Origin: Anaerolineales bacterium
GTDB taxonomy: Bacteria; Chloroflexota; Anaerolineae; Anaerolineales; E44-bin32
Direction: 5' to 3'
Length of the DNA: 64,000 nucleotides
Assembly (NCBI GenBank): GCA_037379555.1
Contig: JARRJK010000006.1
Span: 21,769 to 85,768, forward strand
This document shows positions 8,647-18,812 of this stretch, one piece after another. The number at the start of each line of letters is the position of its first letter. Position 1 is the first letter of the stretch. The notes under the pieces are model-generated. The model searched no databases. It saw only the letters and a list, made by a program, of their open reading frames with translations, and was not told the origin of the DNA. A program made the translations under genes and the position numbers.

Positions 8647-9747
8647 TCAGGCATGTTCAGCCTGAATGTCCGTCATCTTCTTGCGAAGATTGTCGATCAG
8701 CTGGTGATAGGACTTGCTGAATTTCTCCACGCCCTCATCCAGCAGCTCGTCCGTGACTTGATCGAGGTCGATCCCGGCCGCTGAGAATTTTTCAAGCTCA
8801 GCTTCCGCAGCCTCCAGCTCCTGATCGACGGTCCGTTCGGCGCGACCATGATCCATAACGGCCTCGATCGATTCCGGCGGCAGGGTGTTGACCGTATCGG
8901 GTCCGATCAAGTTATCCACATAGAGCGTATCGGAGTACGAAGGGTCCTTTGTGCTCGTGCTGGCCCACAGAACGCGCTGCGGGCGGGCACCGGCCTCGGC
9001 CAGTTTCTCCCAGCGTTCACCGCTGAACTTCGACTGGAAGCGATGGTAAGCCATCTTGGCATTGGCGATGGCGATCTTTCCCAGCAAATCCGTTTCGCCC
9101 CGTTCCTTCAGCATTGGGTCAACCTTGACATCGATCCGGCTGACGAAAAACGATGCGACCGAAGCCATGCGGCCGATCGCCTGGCCGGATGAGTACCTTT
9201 TTTCGAGCGCGCTGATGTACGCCTCGCTCACGGCATCGTATTGCTCGAGCGAAAACATGAGCGTGATGTTGATCGGCAGCCCTTCGCAGAGCAGCGTGTG
9301 GATCGCCGGAAAGCCCTCATTCGTCGCAGGGATCTTGAACATCACGTTCGGCCGGTCGACCTCCCGGTGCAGGCGGCGGATTTCATCCAGTGTCCTGCGG
9401 GTATCGTGAGCGAGGTCCGGGTTGGCTTCCAGGCTTACGTAGCCATCGGCACCATCCGAAGCGTCAAACACCGGCCGCAGCATGTCGGCCGCCTGCTGAA
9501 TATCTGAAATCGCCATCTTTTCATAGACGGCCTCCACCTCGAGTCCCTTGGTGCGCAGGCGCTGGATATCTGCATCATAATCACCGCTGCCGGTCATCGC
9601 CTTCTCGAATATGGTCGGATTGGAGGTCATCCCGCGTAAACCCTGTTCGATCAAGTACTGGAGTTTTCCGCTGGTGAAGAGCTCACGGCTGATCTGGTCG
9701 ATCCAGACGGATTGTCCCAGTTGGTGAATTTCCTGAAGAGTTGCCAT
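8647..9747 (-). CDS. tal: Transaldolase
   Basis: GQSVWIDQISR...GLRGMTSNPTIFEKA...FKIPAT...VASFFVSRID motifs of the long-form transaldolase family; 366 aa. Confidence 0.9.
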   Translation of the reverse strand: MATLQEIHQLGQSVWIDQISRELFTSGKLQYLIEQGLRGMTSNPTIFEKAMTGSGDYDADIQRLRTKGLEVEAVYEKMAISDIQQAADMLRPVFDASDGADGYVSLEANPDLAHDTRRTLDEIRRLHREVDRPNVMFKIPATNEGFPAIHTLLCEGLPINITLMFSLEQYDAVSEAYISALEKRYSSGQAIGRMASVASFFVSRIDVKVDPMLKERGETDLLGKIAIANAKMAYHRFQSKFSGERWEKLAEAGARPQRVLWASTSTKDPSYSDTLYVDNLIGPDTVNTLPPESIEAVMDHGRAERTVDQELEAAEAELEKFSAAGIDLDQVTDELLDEGVEKFSKSYHQLIDNLRKKMTDIQAEHA

Positions 9748-10023
9748 TCGAACCTCCTATCAAAGCGATGCTACTACATCAGTGTTGAGCATACCGCCCC
9801 GCTCTCAGCGGGAGGTCTCAACCGCACATCGATTCTTGCTGAATTCTCACAGCCGTCCGGCCGCATCACGAGCTGCCAGATTGCCGAGATGGCATATTTG
9901 AGCCTTGTCCTGAAGTGAATCGCAGCCTATGAAAGACCGCCGGAGATGCTTCAGCAGGCCTATGCCGCTTCCGTCTTGAAATCCGATCGGCACCGCTGTA
10001 CTCGCGCTTTTCCGGGCGCCTGT

Positions 10024-11589
10024 TTATGCCGATTCCGGATCGGTGGATTCCATTAGTTTTTCAATCAGCTCCTGTTTGAGCTGCCATAGCGCTTCGGTCA
10101 GCGACACGTGATAGATATGCGGGTTCATGATGCGCCGGACTCCTGGATCAAGCCGTTCGATGTCCGCTACCCGCCGCTCGCGCATCTGCTCGATCGATGG
10201 CAATTCATAGATGAGTTTTCCATCCTCGAGCACCGGCACTAGGAGCGCTTCGATCTCTGAGATTTCGGACTGTTCGAGGACGCGCTGGGTGGCATACTCC
10301 ATTGGGTGATGCATGGTGAGCGTCTGCATGGAGCGGGGATCTTCCTGGCGCAAACTGAGCAGATCCGCATCGGCATTGCCGCGCTGGTTGTACACACGCC
10401 ATACGGACTTATAGCCGGGATTGATGATCTTATCGAGTGATTCGGAGATCTTGATCGCCGGTGCCCAGGTGTTATCCCGGCAGATAGCGACCAGTTTGTA
10501 TACACCGTCGAGGGCTGATTGCCCGCGTGAGGTGATCAGCCGTGTGCCCACGCCGTACACCAGCCGGCGGATGAGGGCTTCCGGTTCGACGTCATAGAGC
10601 GGCGCTTCCTCTTCGATCTGGCTGATGATCTGCCACAGGACGAGTTCGTCGATCTGGTTGGAAAGCACGATGCGGACTTCGTCAAAGCCGGCTTTGTCGA
10701 GCTGTTTGGCGGCCTGGATGCTCAGGTATGCGAGATCGCCGGAGTCGAGGCGGATTCCGATGGGCTCGTGGCCTTTGCGACGCAGCTCCTCGAACACCCG
10801 GATTGCGTTGGGGAGGCCGCTCTCCAGCGTATCAACCGTGTCCACGAGCAGCAGGCAATCATCGGGGTAGACGTCGGCATAAGCCCGGAATGCATCCAAC
10901 TCACTCCCTCCCAGGGCGATGAAAGCCTGAACCATGCTGTGAGCGTGGGTGCCCTTAGGAGGGAGACCAAGCACATGCGAAATGCCCACATTCGAGCTGA
11001 ATTCGGCGCCGCCGATGAGGGCAGCCCGGGCGCCGGCGTTCGCGCCTTTGTCCTGTCCCCGGCGAAGGCCGAACTCAAGCAGCAGCTGGCCGCGCCCGGC
11101 GCGGTGGATGCGGGCGGCTTTCGTGGCGACCAGCGACTGGTAGTTGAGATGGTTCAGCAGCGGTGTCTCGAGGATCTGCGCCATGGCAAGCGGGCCTTCC
11201 ACCACGGTCAGCGGCACGTTCGGATGGACTACACGCCCTTCCGGGATCGCCTGCAGGCTGATCTCATCGAAGCTGCCGTTCTGCGCCAGCCACGCGAGAA
11301 AATCATCCTCGAGCAGCTGTTCGCCAGCCCCGGTTCGCTGAGCCCGCAGGTAGTCGAGATCCTGCTCGCGAAAACGGGCTTCAGCCATCCAATCCAACAG
11401 CCATTCCAGGCCGGCATTGACGCAGTAGCCGGCTTTGTGCATGCCATACGCAGGATAGCTTCTGAAGAAGTGCTCAAATAGCGCACGGGTCTCGTGCATG
11501 CCCATGCGGAAATACAGCTGGGCCATCGTGAGCTGGTACTCATCGGTGAAGAGAATTCCTTCGGCTGTGGCGCGTTCTCCGGGCTTCAT
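10024..11589 (-). CDS. pncB: Nicotinate phosphoribosyltransferase
   Basis: N-terminal [15 protein letters not shown], central FGLRRGQ and [11 protein letters not shown], and SGDLAYLS motifs typical of NAPRTase. Confidence 0.85.
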   Translation of the reverse strand: MKPGERATAEGILFTDEYQLTMAQLYFRMGMHETRALFEHFFRSYPAYGMHKAGYCVNAGLEWLLDWMAEARFREQDLDYLRAQRTGAGEQLLEDDFLAWLAQNGSFDEISLQAIPEGRVVHPNVPLTVVEGPLAMAQILETPLLNHLNYQSLVATKAARIHRAGRGQLLLEFGLRRGQDKGANAGARAALIGGAEFSSNVGISHVLGLPPKGTHAHSMVQAFIALGGSELDAFRAYADVYPDDCLLLVDTVDTLESGLPNAIRVFEELRRKGHEPIGIRLDSGDLAYLSIQAAKQLDKAGFDEVRIVLSNQIDELVLWQIISQIEEEAPLYDVEPEALIRRLVYGVGTRLITSRGQSALDGVYKLVAICRDNTWAPAIKISESLDKIINPGYKSVWRVYNQRGNADADLLSLRQEDPRSMQTLTMHHPMEYATQRVLEQSEISEIEALLVPVLEDGKLIYELPSIEQMRERRVADIERLDPGVRRIMNPHIYHVSLTEALWQLKQELIEKLMESTDPESA

Positions 11590-11793
11590 ATGGCGCTTCT
11601 CCGCCTCTCATGTTTGTTGCCGCGGGATTACACCAGATCAGGTTGGACCTTCCGAATCGAAACAAGCATACCATGCGAGGTTAATTTCATCGTACAGAAA
11701 GGGAGAAGAGAGAATTCCGAAAGAACCCACCGGCTCAGGTTAGAAGTCGACAACATGGGCGGACTATGCTCTGGAGGGATTCTCAGATAGAGG

Positions 11794-12327
11794 TTGAACT
11801 ACCGGAGGCAGGAAATGGACAGTATGGATAAAACGACAGAAACGACATATACATTCACCGCCCGCAGTTCGCAGGACCCGGCCCGAGTGGCGACATTTAC
11901 ACTGCTTGATGGCCGTGTCTCGGTCGATCTCGGCGTGCCGTTTGAACAGCTCGAGACACTGCTGGAGGAGGAAGAGCCCGGCCAGGAGCAGGAGCGCAAG
12001 CCCTGGATGCGGCCGCTGCTGGTCTCGCTCGCGCAACGCAAGCTGCGCCCATTCCGTCTGGCAGACGTTGAAGCACACACGAAGGGCGATCGGTTGAAGG
12101 TGCGCGCCTGGACACGAGTGGCCGGGCTGCGCCTGGCACCGATCGATTTTTCCTTTGAAGCCGTCGACAATCCTTCTGCCGCTCACGATTTCGTGCGTGA
12201 GCTTCACCACCGTCAGCACGAGAAGCGAACCGCTTCCGCTAGCGGGGGATTGTTCGATTACTGGATTGGCTGGGCAGCTGCTTTTCTGGGAGTGCTTCTC
12301 TTCTTCCGCCGATGGCGGAGAGCATAA
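11794..12327 (+). CDS. Hypothetical protein with a C-terminal transmembrane anchor
   Basis: ORF with no recognisable domain; C-terminal hydrophobic helix (YWIGWAAAFLGVLLFF). Start uncertain (Met codons at 11794, 11815, 11824). Confidence 0.4.
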   Translation: MNYRRQEMDSMDKTTETTYTFTARSSQDPARVATFTLLDGRVSVDLGVPFEQLETLLEEEEPGQEQERKPWMRPLLVSLAQRKLRPFRLADVEAHTKGDRLKVRAWTRVAGLRLAPIDFSFEAVDNPSAAHDFVRELHHRQHEKRTASASGGLFDYWIGWAAAFLGVLLFFRRWRRA

Positions 12328-12380
12328 CTCTAAGCCCAATCGCGTCGCCACGACTTCGACGGTACGAAGGGAAGGACGGT

Positions 12381-13580
12381 ATGAAAGAGGTCAAATATCT
12401 CCTGGTTGGGGGCGGAATGACGGCCGCCGCGGCGGCCAACGCGATCCGCAAAGCTGACCCGCAGGGATCGATCATGATGATCAGCGCAGAGGCTGAGCCG
12501 CCCTACGCTCGACCGCCGCTGAGCAAGGATCTGTGGCGTGAGGGCGAGGTCGATTCGATCTGGCAGGAGCTGCCTGGTGACGGTTTCGAGCTCCTGCTTC
12601 AGCGCTGGGCGGTCGGCCTCGATCCCGGGCAGCACCTCGTGCGCGATGACCACGGCGACGAATACGGCTACACCAGGCTGCTCCTGGCGACAGGCGGCCG
12701 GCCGCGCCAGCTCAAGGACGCCGAGGGCGTGAACTTCTTCCGCACCCTACAGGATTACAGGCGCCTGCGGGCGCAGGCTGAAGAGCTGGAGCGTTTCGCC
12801 GTCATCGGTGGCGGCTTCATCGGTTCGGAGCTTGCCGCAGCCCTTGCGATGCAGGGCAAGCAAGTGGTGCAGGTCTTTCCCGAACCACACATCGGGGCGT
12901 TGATGTTTCCGGATGACCTGGCGCAGGATCTCGAGCGGATATACGCCGAGCGCGGCATCGAGATCCGGGCCGGGGAGCTTGTCTCAGGCGTCGAGCGCTC
13001 CGGAGACGAGTTGACGGTGCATACCGACCGGGATGATTACAGGGTCCAGGCGGCAGTCGGCGGGGTGGGCATCCTGCCAAATGTGGATCTCGCCCGCTCA
13101 GGCGGCCTGAGGGTCCGGGAGGGGATCGTCGTAGATGACCATCTCCGGACATCTGAGAAAGATATCTATGCCGCCGGAGATGTAGCGGAATTCTTCCAGC
13201 CCGATCTGGATACCTACCGCGTCGTGGAGCATGAGGATAACGCGCTCACGATGGGCCGCCAGGCGGGCCGTGCGATGGCGGGCGAAGAAGTCGCCTACGA
13301 TCACATGCCCTATTTCTATTCAGACCTTTTCGACCAGGGCTATGAGGCTGTGGGTGAGATATCACGGGATCACGAAATGGTCAGCGTCTGGCAAGAACCT
13401 TTCCGCAAAGGAATCGTGTACTACCTCTCGGAAGGGCAGGTGCGGGGGGTCCTGCTCTGGAATGTGTGGGAGCGCCGTGAACAGGCCCGCGCGTTGATCG
13501 CGCGCACAGAAGCGGTCACGCGGGAAGAACTCGAGAACGTACCGTTGGATGAACTGATCCAGTTGGAGAAAGCAGCTTGA
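12381..13580 (+). CDS. FAD-dependent pyridine-nucleotide-disulfide oxidoreductase (AIF/ferredoxin-reductase-like)
   Basis: FAD Rossmann YLLVGGGMTAAAAA, NAD Rossmann FAVIGGGFIGSELAA, and YAAGDVAEF. ATG at 12381 preceded by gaaggacgg; the longer ORF start at 12312 overlaps the previous gene. Confidence 0.8.
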   Translation: MKEVKYLLVGGGMTAAAAANAIRKADPQGSIMMISAEAEPPYARPPLSKDLWREGEVDSIWQELPGDGFELLLQRWAVGLDPGQHLVRDDHGDEYGYTRLLLATGGRPRQLKDAEGVNFFRTLQDYRRLRAQAEELERFAVIGGGFIGSELAAALAMQGKQVVQVFPEPHIGALMFPDDLAQDLERIYAERGIEIRAGELVSGVERSGDELTVHTDRDDYRVQAAVGGVGILPNVDLARSGGLRVREGIVVDDHLRTSEKDIYAAGDVAEFFQPDLDTYRVVEHEDNALTMGRQAGRAMAGEEVAYDHMPYFYSDLFDQGYEAVGEISRDHEMVSVWQEPFRKGIVYYLSEGQVRGVLLWNVWERREQARALIARTEAVTREELENVPLDELIQLEKAA

Positions 13581-13640
13581 TGGCGGGGAGGATCTGATGT
13601 GCCTGGCCGCAAAAGGAGACCGATCTCATCGATGATATCC

Positions 13641-14636
13641 ATGGCAAACCGATTTAAAGAAGAGCAGGGCCTGCTCCGGCTGGATGATTTTTCCGAATTC
13701 GTAAGCCAGGAAACGCTGGATCGCATACGGCGTAAAGCTGCGCCGCTCCAGGAGAAGCACATCACGCACATCAATTCGACCTACTACGGCGGCGGGGTGG
13801 CTGAGCTGCTCTCTTCACTGAGCCTGCTGATGAACAGCGTGGGCATCCGGACGGGATGGAGGGTCATTCAGGGAGCGCCGGACTTCTTCAGCGTCACGAA
13901 GAAGATGCACAACGCCCTGCAGGGCGCGGACATCAACCTTTCAGAACGCAAGAAGGAAATCTACCACCACGTCACGGTCCAGAATGCGGTGCGGAATCAT
14001 CTTGATCACGATGTCGTCTACGTTCATGATCCGCAGCCGCTGGGCATGATTGACTACTACGAGAAGAAAGGCCCCTGGATCTGGCGCTGCCACGTGGATC
14101 TCTCACACCCGGATCCCGAATTATGGAATTTCCTGAAACCGTGGGTCGAGAAGTACGACGCCGTGATCACGTCGCTTCCGGAGTACAAGCTGGATCTCAA
14201 GACGCCGCAGCGCTTCATCATGCCGGCAATCGACCCTACATCGATCAAGAACCGCAAATTGAGCAAGGAGGAGATCGACGAACGCTTCGAATACTACGAC
14301 ATACCGCGCGACCTGCCGCTGGTTGTGCAGATCTCGCGCTTCGACCGCTGGAAAGACCCACGCGGCGTGATTGAAGCATTCAAGCTGGCTTCGAAGCGCA
14401 TCGATGCCAGATTGATCCTGCTCGGCAATGTGGCCACAGATGACCCGGAAGGCGAAAAGGTCTACCAGGAGCTGCTCGAATTCAGCGACGACCGCATCCG
14501 GATCATGAGCCGGGAAGACACGGCGCTCGTTAATGCGCTGCAGTGCGAAGCAGCCGTCGTGCTGTGGCACGGTGAGCCAGATCACCACCGCCGCGCCGCC
14601 GCACGAGCTCGGCCTCGGCGACAAGCCCCTGTTTGA
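13641..14636 (+). pseudogene. TreT-like (trehalose synthase family, GT4) glycosyltransferase lacking the C-terminal catalytic segment
   Basis: The N-terminal about 300 aa look like the TreT family (HINSTYYGGGVAELL...WRCHVDLS...VVQISRFDRWKDP...LLGNVATDDPEG...ALVNALQ). After ...AAVVL the frame runs into Arg/Pro-rich nonsense and stops. The GT4 EX7E region (EGFGL..EA) is absent. A different frame at 14570-14670 reads ...HELGLGDKPLFETIYRLKGSAS*, like a displaced native C-terminus. Confidence 0.6.
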
Positions 14637-14685
14637 GACGATCTACCGCTTGAAAGGTAGCGCAAGTTAATTGGGAGGCACGACC

Positions 14686-15051
14686 ATGGCATTACCAGAC
14701 CTGCCGATCGAATACCACAGCGAAGCACGCGGGGTCCCGGAGACGTTGGAGACAGAAGCCCGACGGCACCTGCGGGCTCTGAGCGAAGGACATAAGGATA
14801 TGACGGGAGCCTCCGTGACTATCTCGCGGCCGGAACACGGCGAGACTCCGCATCTGTATCAAGCGCGTGTCATCGTATACATGCGGCCTGAACACGTCAC
14901 AGCATCCGAGAAACACGAAGACCCCGAAATTGCTCTCAAGGGCGCGCTGGGAGCCGTTGAACGACAGATTCGTGAACGTCGCGCCAAACTTAAAGAGAAA
15001 TGGAAGCGGCCTGATCTTTCAGACCCTGCCAGACGACAATTCCAAGAATAG
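14686..15051 (+). CDS. hpf: Ribosome hibernation factor-like protein (HPF/RaiA, S30AE family, short form)
   Basis: gggagg RBS 8 nt before the ATG at 14686. The pattern ...ASVTISRPEHGETPHLYQARVIVYMRPEHVTASEKHEDPEIALKGALGAVERQIRERRAKLKEK fits the beta-alpha-beta-beta-beta-alpha HPF/RaiA family consensus as I remember it. Confidence 0.6.
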   Translation: MALPDLPIEYHSEARGVPETLETEARRHLRALSEGHKDMTGASVTISRPEHGETPHLYQARVIVYMRPEHVTASEKHEDPEIALKGALGAVERQIRERRAKLKEKWKRPDLSDPARRQFQE

Positions 15052-15062
15052 GAGAATTCACC

Positions 15063-16085
15063 ATGGCGAACATCGCAATCAACGGAATGGGACGGATCGG
15101 GCGGGCGGCGCTCAAACAGATCCAGGATCTGCCGGACCTTGAGCTTGTGGCTGTCAATGACCTGATCGACATCGAAAACATCGCTTATCTGCTGAAATAC
15201 GACACGGTCTACGGCCGCATGCCGCAGGCGGTCAGCGTGCAGGATGGCGAGTTGAAGGTGGGTGATCACACCATCCGCTTCCTGCAGGAGCGGGATCCGG
15301 CCAATTTGCCCTGGGGTGAATTGGGGATCGATATCGTGCTTGAATGCACTGGCGTATTTCGCAAGTCCAAAGACTTGCAGAAACACCTGCATGCCGGAGC
15401 GCGGTCTGTCATCCTCTCCGCGCCCGCGAAGGACGATGAGGTGATGACCATCGTGTACGGGGTTAATCAGAGCGAGGTGAAAGAAGGGCATATCGTTTCC
15501 TGCGCAAGCTGCACGACCAACTGCATCACTCCGGTGGTGGAAGTGATCGACCGCCGGATCGGGATTCAGAAAGCGCTGATGACCACCATCCACGCGTACA
15601 CAGCTTCGCAAGGCATCGTCGATGGTCCGAGCAGCAAGTGGCGACGCGGACGTGCGGGTGCGGCCAATCTCGTCCCCACGACGACCGGTGCCGCCCTGGC
15701 GACGACCAAGGCGCTGCCGCAGCTCGAAGGCCGCTTCGACGGCGTTGCGGTGCGCGCACCCGTGCCGGCCGGTTCGGTGGCCGACATGACCTTTCTCGTC
15801 AAGCGGGCGACGACCATCGATGAAGTGAATTCAATCCTGCGCGAGGAAGCCGGTACCGACAGGTATCGAGGGATACTTGGTACTACCGATGATTCGATCG
15901 TTTCGAGCGATATCCTCGGTGATCCTCACGCCTCCATCGTCGATCTGCAGATGACTCAGGTCGTCGATCAAGACTTGGTGAAGATCATGAGCTGGTATGA
16001 CAATGAATGGGGGTACACACGACAGATGCTGCGCGAGGCGGAAAACGTGGCGCAAAACCTCCCGGCGAAAGCGGGGAAGGATTGA
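15063..16085 (+). CDS. gap: Type I glyceraldehyde-3-phosphate dehydrogenase
   Basis: INGMGRIGR NAD-binding N-terminus, catalytic SCASCTTNC, and WYDNEWGY near the C-terminus. Confidence 0.92.
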   Translation: MANIAINGMGRIGRAALKQIQDLPDLELVAVNDLIDIENIAYLLKYDTVYGRMPQAVSVQDGELKVGDHTIRFLQERDPANLPWGELGIDIVLECTGVFRKSKDLQKHLHAGARSVILSAPAKDDEVMTIVYGVNQSEVKEGHIVSCASCTTNCITPVVEVIDRRIGIQKALMTTIHAYTASQGIVDGPSSKWRRGRAGAANLVPTTTGAALATTKALPQLEGRFDGVAVRAPVPAGSVADMTFLVKRATTIDEVNSILREEAGTDRYRGILGTTDDSIVSSDILGDPHASIVDLQMTQVVDQDLVKIMSWYDNEWGYTRQMLREAENVAQNLPAKAGKD

Positions 16086-16089
16086 GGGC

Positions 16090-16335
16090 ATGGCACTGTA
16101 TCAGGTGGAGACGAAATTGTCCGAAGACGAGGCGCTCGAGCGCGCCCGCGAGTTCTTCGGAGAGGATGGACTGGGATTGCACTTGAAGGAGCAACAGGAC
16201 TGCTGTCTGGAGTTCACGGGCGGAGGAGGTCACGTATCGGTCATTGCTGTTAACGGCGAGGGCATAAGGCTTGAGATCGAGACACGCGAGTGGGACCGCC
16301 AGGTCGGACAGTTCATGGAGGAAGTTGGGGGATGA
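16090..16335 (+). CDS. Small hypothetical protein (81 aa)
   Basis: ATG at 16090, 5 nt after the gap stop. The longer ORF from 15997 would overlap gap. No recognisable domain. Confidence 0.4.
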   Translation: MALYQVETKLSEDEALERAREFFGEDGLGLHLKEQQDCCLEFTGGGGHVSVIAVNGEGIRLEIETREWDRQVGQFMEEVGG

Positions 16336-16386
16336 AGTGTCGCCGCCGCAGCTCGATGACTGAAGAAGCTTGCGGAGCGCTGCCCG

Positions 16387-17190
16387 GTGCCTGAACTTCC
16401 TGACGTCGAGGTGTTCAGACGCTATGTCGACGCGACCGCACTGCACAAGACGATACATGATGTCGATATCCAGGCCGAAAGGATTCTGGAGGGCAGCTCG
16501 AGCCGCTCGTTCACCCGCGCCTTGAAGGGCAAGGCATTTGAGTCGAGCCGGCGCCATGGCAAATACCTCTGCCTGGAGTTGACGAACGGCCGCTGGCTGG
16601 TGCTGCACTTCGGCATGACAGGAAGCCTGAAATACTTTCTGCACTCCGAGGATGAGCCGGATTACACCTACGCGCTGTTCACGTTCAGCAATGACTACCA
16701 CCTGGCCTTCCTCAACCCGCGCAAACTCGGTACGTTGGCGATCTATGACAGCGTTGCGGCGCTGATCGAGGATAAGGATCTCGGACCGGATCCGCTTGAA
16801 GTGGGGTTTACTTTCGAGGACTTCAAACATGTGCTGCAGGGCCGGCGCGGCATGCTGAAGTCCACCCTGATGAATCAGTCGATCCTCGCCGGTATTGGAA
16901 ATGTGTATTCGGATGAGATCCTCTTCCAACTCGGTTGGTATCCGCGCGGCAAGGTCGATCGGCTGGATGAGGAGGGGCTGCATGCTTTCTACCGCACGAT
17001 GCGGCACGTTTTGCGCGAGGCGGCTGAGCGCGAGGCTGATCCAGCACGGTTTCCGGATTCCTGGCTCATCCCCCATCGCAGACCCGGCGCAAGCTGCCCT
17101 CGGTGCAGGGGCGAGGTTCAGAAGATCAAGGTCGTTGGACGGTCCGGCTATTTTTGTCCCGCTTGCCAGAAGAAGTTAGGTTCGACGTGA
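16387..17190 (+). CDS. mutM: Formamidopyrimidine-DNA glycosylase / Nei family (Fpg)
   Basis: Catalytic N-terminus (M)PELPDVE, H2TH region (MNQSILAGIGNVYSDEILF) and C-terminal zinc finger CPRCRGEV...YFCPACQ. GTG start. Confidence 0.85.
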   Translation: MPELPDVEVFRRYVDATALHKTIHDVDIQAERILEGSSSRSFTRALKGKAFESSRRHGKYLCLELTNGRWLVLHFGMTGSLKYFLHSEDEPDYTYALFTFSNDYHLAFLNPRKLGTLAIYDSVAALIEDKDLGPDPLEVGFTFEDFKHVLQGRRGMLKSTLMNQSILAGIGNVYSDEILFQLGWYPRGKVDRLDEEGLHAFYRTMRHVLREAAEREADPARFPDSWLIPHRRPGASCPRCRGEVQKIKVVGRSGYFCPACQKKLGST

Positions 17191-17202
17191 CCAAAGGAAA
17201 GC

Positions 17203-17808
17203 ATGGGAGATGAAAGCGTGAGCAAGAAGGATTCACTGAAAGAGTACGAAAGCAAGCGAGATTTCCGAAAGACCCCTGAACCTAGCGGTGAAGGGGGTAA
17301 AGCATCCGATAAGCCGGTCTTTGTGATCCAGAAGCACGATGCCAGGTCGCTGCACTATGACTTCCGGCTGGAGGTCGACGGCGTGCTGAAATCCTGGGCA
17401 GTTCCGAAGGGCCCGTCGACAGACCCGAGTCAGAAGCGGCTGGCGGTCCCGACCGAGGATCACCCGCTGGATTACGCCTCGTTTGAAGGAGTGATCCCCG
17501 AGGGTGAATACGGGGCGGGAACCGTCATGGTGTGGGATCATGGTCCCTACCGCAACTTGCGAGCGGAGAAGAAAGACGATGGGTTATCAATGGAAGATGC
17601 GATCGATGATGGAAAGGTGGAGGTCTGGTTGGATGGTGAGAAGTTGCGTGGGGGATATGCTCTAATCCGCACCGGCGGCGATGAACGCTGGCTGATGATC
17701 AAGATGGATGATGACGAGGCCGACGCACGCCGCAACCCAACCAGCACTGAACCGGATTCGGTCATCAGCGGCCGGTCGCTGGAAGAGATCGCAGCCGGCG
17801 GATCATGA
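17203..17808 (+). CDS. Stand-alone LigD 3'-phosphoesterase (PE) domain protein
   Basis: KRDFRKTPEP...FVIQKHDARSLHYDFRLE...LKSWAVPKGPS...EDHPLDY motifs of the LigD PE domain. Confidence 0.85.
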   Translation: MGDESVSKKDSLKEYESKRDFRKTPEPSGEGGKASDKPVFVIQKHDARSLHYDFRLEVDGVLKSWAVPKGPSTDPSQKRLAVPTEDHPLDYASFEGVIPEGEYGAGTVMVWDHGPYRNLRAEKKDDGLSMEDAIDDGKVEVWLDGEKLRGGYALIRTGGDERWLMIKMDDDEADARRNPTSTEPDSVISGRSLEEIAAGGS

Positions 17809-18812
17809 GTCCAGCTTCACTGATCGACCGCTATCCAGGATCCGGATTGAAGGAGCGTGAACTGCCGCAGTGGGTGGAGCCAATGCTGGCGACGCTCACC
17901 GATAAGCACTTCTCGCGAGAGGGGTGGATCTTCGAGCGCAAGTTCGATGGTGAACGTTGTCTGGCTTTCCGGAATGGAAAGCAGATCAACCTGTTCACGC
18001 GCAATCACAAACCGCTCAACGATACATATCCTGAGCTGGCAGAGGCCTTACAAAAACAGGAGCCGCAGCGATTTATCGTGGATGGCGAAGTCGTGGCTTT
18101 CGAGGGCAACCGGACCAGCTTCGCGAGGTTGCAGGAACGCATGCAGATCAAGGATCCGCAGAAAGCCCACGCTTCAAAGATCGCAGTCTACTATTACATC
18201 TTTGACATCCTCTATCTCGATTCATACGATACGCGTGGTCTGGACCAGCGTGATCGCAAACAGCTGCTGAAGGAAAGCCTGCAGTTTGAGGATCCGCTGC
18301 GCTACACGGCTCATCGCAACACCGACGGCCAGCAGTATTTCAAGCAGGCATGTAAGCGCGGCTGGGAGGGCGTGATCGCGAAAGAGGCTGACGCTTCCTA
18401 CGCCCATGGTCGCTCCACCCACTGGCTTAAATTCAAGTGCGTGAAGGAACAGGAGTTCGTCATCGGCGGTTTCACCGACCCGCAGGGCTCGCGCATCGGG
18501 TTTGGCGCCCTGTTGGTGGGGTACTACGAAGGTTCGGCGCTCCGCTACGCCGGCAAGGTTGGGACCGGTTACGACGATCAAACGCTCAGACAGCTCCATA
18601 ACAAGCTGAGCGGCCTCGAGCGCGAGAATCCGCCTTTCAAGACAGAGGGCGATCTTCCCGCTACAGGAGTCCACTGGACGCAGCCGGAACTCGTCGTCCA
18701 GGTTGGCTTTGAAGAGTGGACCGACGATCTGCGGCTGAGGCAGCCGCGCTACCTTGGTTTGCGTGATGATAAATCACCGCAGACTGTGCACAGGGAGAAG
18801 GCAGATTCATGA
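17805..18812 (+). CDS. ligD: ATP-dependent DNA ligase (LigD ligase domain, stand-alone)
   Basis: Adenylation motif I region WIFERKFDGERCLA, EGVIAK motif and an OB-domain C-terminus. The start overlaps the PE stop (ATGA at 17805-17808). Confidence 0.9.
   Translation: MSPASLIDRYPGSGLKERELPQWVEPMLATLTDKHFSREGWIFERKFDGERCLAFRNGKQINLFTRNHKPLNDTYPELAEALQKQEPQRFIVDGEVVAFEGNRTSFARLQERMQIKDPQKAHASKIAVYYYIFDILYLDSYDTRGLDQRDRKQLLKESLQFEDPLRYTAHRNTDGQQYFKQACKRGWEGVIAKEADASYAHGRSTHWLKFKCVKEQEFVIGGFTDPQGSRIGFGALLVGYYEGSALRYAGKVGTGYDDQTLRQLHNKLSGLERENPPFKTEGDLPATGVHWTQPELVVQVGFEEWTDDLRLRQPRYLGLRDDKSPQTVHREKADS

Noticed and set aside
12312-12380. Upstream extension of the FAD oxidoreductase ORF overlapping the preceding gene. 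The same applies to the 15997 start overlapping gap, the 13599 start of the TreT-like gene and the 59631-60251 long form of MaoC.
   Set aside because: Internal ATG codons with good Shine-Dalgarno sequences coincide with the start of family homology. The extensions are unconserved-looking and overlap neighbouring genes.
15985-17076. 363-aa minus-strand ORF antisense to gap/fpg. There are many similar long ORFs opposite real genes (e.g. 14859-15611, 10768-11481, 38233-38973, 40729-41478, 44839-45657, 57970-58752, 33717-34484, 32601-33311).
   Set aside because: These are typical shadow ORFs of a high-GC genome. They are Arg/Ala/Pro/Gly-rich low-complexity translations with no motifs, and each is fully overlapped by a gene with clear family signatures on the other strand.
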